A stretch of DNA of 63,809 nt from a bacterium (lineage in GTDB: Bacteria > Patescibacteriota > Andersenbacteria > UBA10190). Below the pieces are notes generated by a model. The model searched no databases. It was not told the origin of the DNA and saw nothing but the letters and a program-made list of their open reading frames with translations. The position numbers and the translations under genes are program-made. Below are positions 62,929 to 63,809 of the stretch, in pieces (position 1 is the first letter of the stretch; each line of letters begins with the position of its first letter). The stretch is taken from NCBI GenBank assembly GCA_027624555.1, contig JAQBWN010000001.1:1-63809 (forward strand). The letters run 5' to 3'.

Positions 62929-62995
62929 TTGTCCACATCTTATTAACATATTTTCCACATATTGATACACAACGGACTTCCATAGCTGTGGATAA
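62929..62995. promoter_or_regulatory. DnaA-box cluster in the rpmH-dnaA intergenic region (oriC / dnaA promoter candidate)
   Basis: ttgtccaca (62929-62937), ttttccaca (62951-62959), and the perfect box tgtggataa (62987-62995, i.e. TTATCCACA on the minus strand). Confidence 0.7.
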
Positions 62996-63018
62996 CCGTG
63001 ATACGATATTTTTTGCAT

Positions 63019-63809
63019 ATGAAAGATGACCAAATATGGAAAGTCGCCCTCGACCAGCTTGAGCTCAAAGTGAGCCAAAGTAATTTTCTTACGTGGTTTC
63101 GCAACACAAGCGTTAAGGATAGAACGGGGGATGTACTACTTATTGAAACAAAAAACCCTTTCGCCTATGAATGGCTTTCAAAAAAATACAGACCTATCAT
63201 TTTAGAGACCCTTCAGGGAATTGACCCAACCATCACAGAAGTTCGGTTTTCTATTGCATCACAATCTACCGAAAAACGTATTATTAAAAAAAATATGCGT
63301 ATCATTGCGCAAAAAAATCAAAGATTAGAACAACCAACTGAACAAAACGTCTCACCCAAAGCATCTTTCGAGAAAATAGGTACAAAGGAAACCACACATT
63401 CCTCATCTATTCCATTTAATAAAAACTACACGTTTGATACGTTCGTAGTGGGGACGAGTAATGAAATAGCGCACGCTGCGTGCAGGGCCGTTGCAGCTCG
63501 CCCAGGAGAAGCTTATAACCCACTATTTATATATGGGGGAGTAGGACTAGGAAAAACTCATCTTTTACAAGCGGTTGGAAATGCTATTCAGGAAGCAAAC
63601 CCAAACTTTACTGTTTTATATGTAGCATCAGAAAAGTTTACAAACGAGTTTGTTGATTCATTAAAAAACCATACAACAGCGGAATTTAAAAAGAGGTACC
63701 GCAATATCGACGTGCTTATTATTGATGATATACAGTTTTTTGCCGGTAAAGATAAAACACAGGAAGAACTTTTCTATACTTTCAACGCACTACATGGACA
63801 AAATAAACA
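63019..63809 (+). CDS. dnaA: Chromosomal replication initiator DnaA (5' partial, runs off the window)
   Basis: ATG 63019 gives MKDDQIWKVALDQLELKVSQSNFLTWF...YTFDTFVVGTSNE...NPLFIYGGVGLGKTHLLQAVGN...IDDIQF. No stop before the window end. Confidence 0.95.
   Translation, partial: MKDDQIWKVALDQLELKVSQSNFLTWFRNTSVKDRTGDVLLIETKNPFAYEWLSKKYRPIILETLQGIDPTITEVRFSIASQSTEKRIIKKNMRIIAQKNQRLEQPTEQNVSPKASFEKIGTKETTHSSSIPFNKNYTFDTFVVGTSNEIAHAACRAVAARPGEAYNPLFIYGGVGLGKTHLLQAVGNAIQEANPNFTVLYVASEKFTNEFVDSLKNHTTAEFKKRYRNIDVLIIDDIQFFAGKDKTQEELFYTFNALHGQNK

Overview
All calls were made by eye from the sequence and ORF track, with no database or folding tools. RNA and repeat boundaries are good to a few nt, and protein family calls rest on recognised motifs.

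The window is an AT-rich bacterial chromosome segment. Its gene content and style point to a reduced-genome Candidate Phyla Radiation (Patescibacteria)-type organism; this assignment is an inference. The window ends at the replication origin: rpmH-rnpA-yidC-jag on the minus strand, then DnaA boxes, then dnaA on the plus strand.

**Main contents**
- **Housekeeping genes:** clpP, rny, nfo, a family-4 UDG, rplS, rluD, a MacAB-like ABC exporter, ftsH, rnhB, rpmF, nusB, rnc, rpsP, khpA, trmD, cca, pyrE, infB, rbfA, nrnA-like, ymdB-like, hup, uvrD/pcrA and rsmA.
- **14 tRNA genes:** one Phe(GAA)-like gene is split after U33 by a 222-nt group I intron. One is a tRNA-Ile with a UAU anticodon.
- **Dispersed rRNA locus:** the ancestral order 16S, tRNA-Ile, tRNA-Ala, 23S, 5S is kept, but about 6.2 kb of protein-coding genes now sits in the spacers. 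The 16S has its own terminator and the 23S its own promoter. The 23S carries an ORF-less group I intron near E. coli position 1931 and a 97-nt AT-rich expansion.
- **Type IV secretion-like / pilus-like cluster (about 10 kb):** VirB6-like, PrgI/VirB3-like, a stand-alone VirB4 N-domain-like protein, the VirB4 ATPase, a VirB2-like pilin with a Gly-rich tail, and secreted hypotheticals. No relaxase or coupling protein is in the window.
- **Surface-glycan operon:** flippase, three GT2 genes and two O-antigen-ligase-like genes, physically fused to the rpmH operon.
- **GC-rich palindromic or MITE-like repeat families:** several copies sit in frame inside otherwise intact ORFs (cca, an O-antigen-ligase-like gene and a T4SS-cluster gene).

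No CRISPR array, integrase or prophage was seen.
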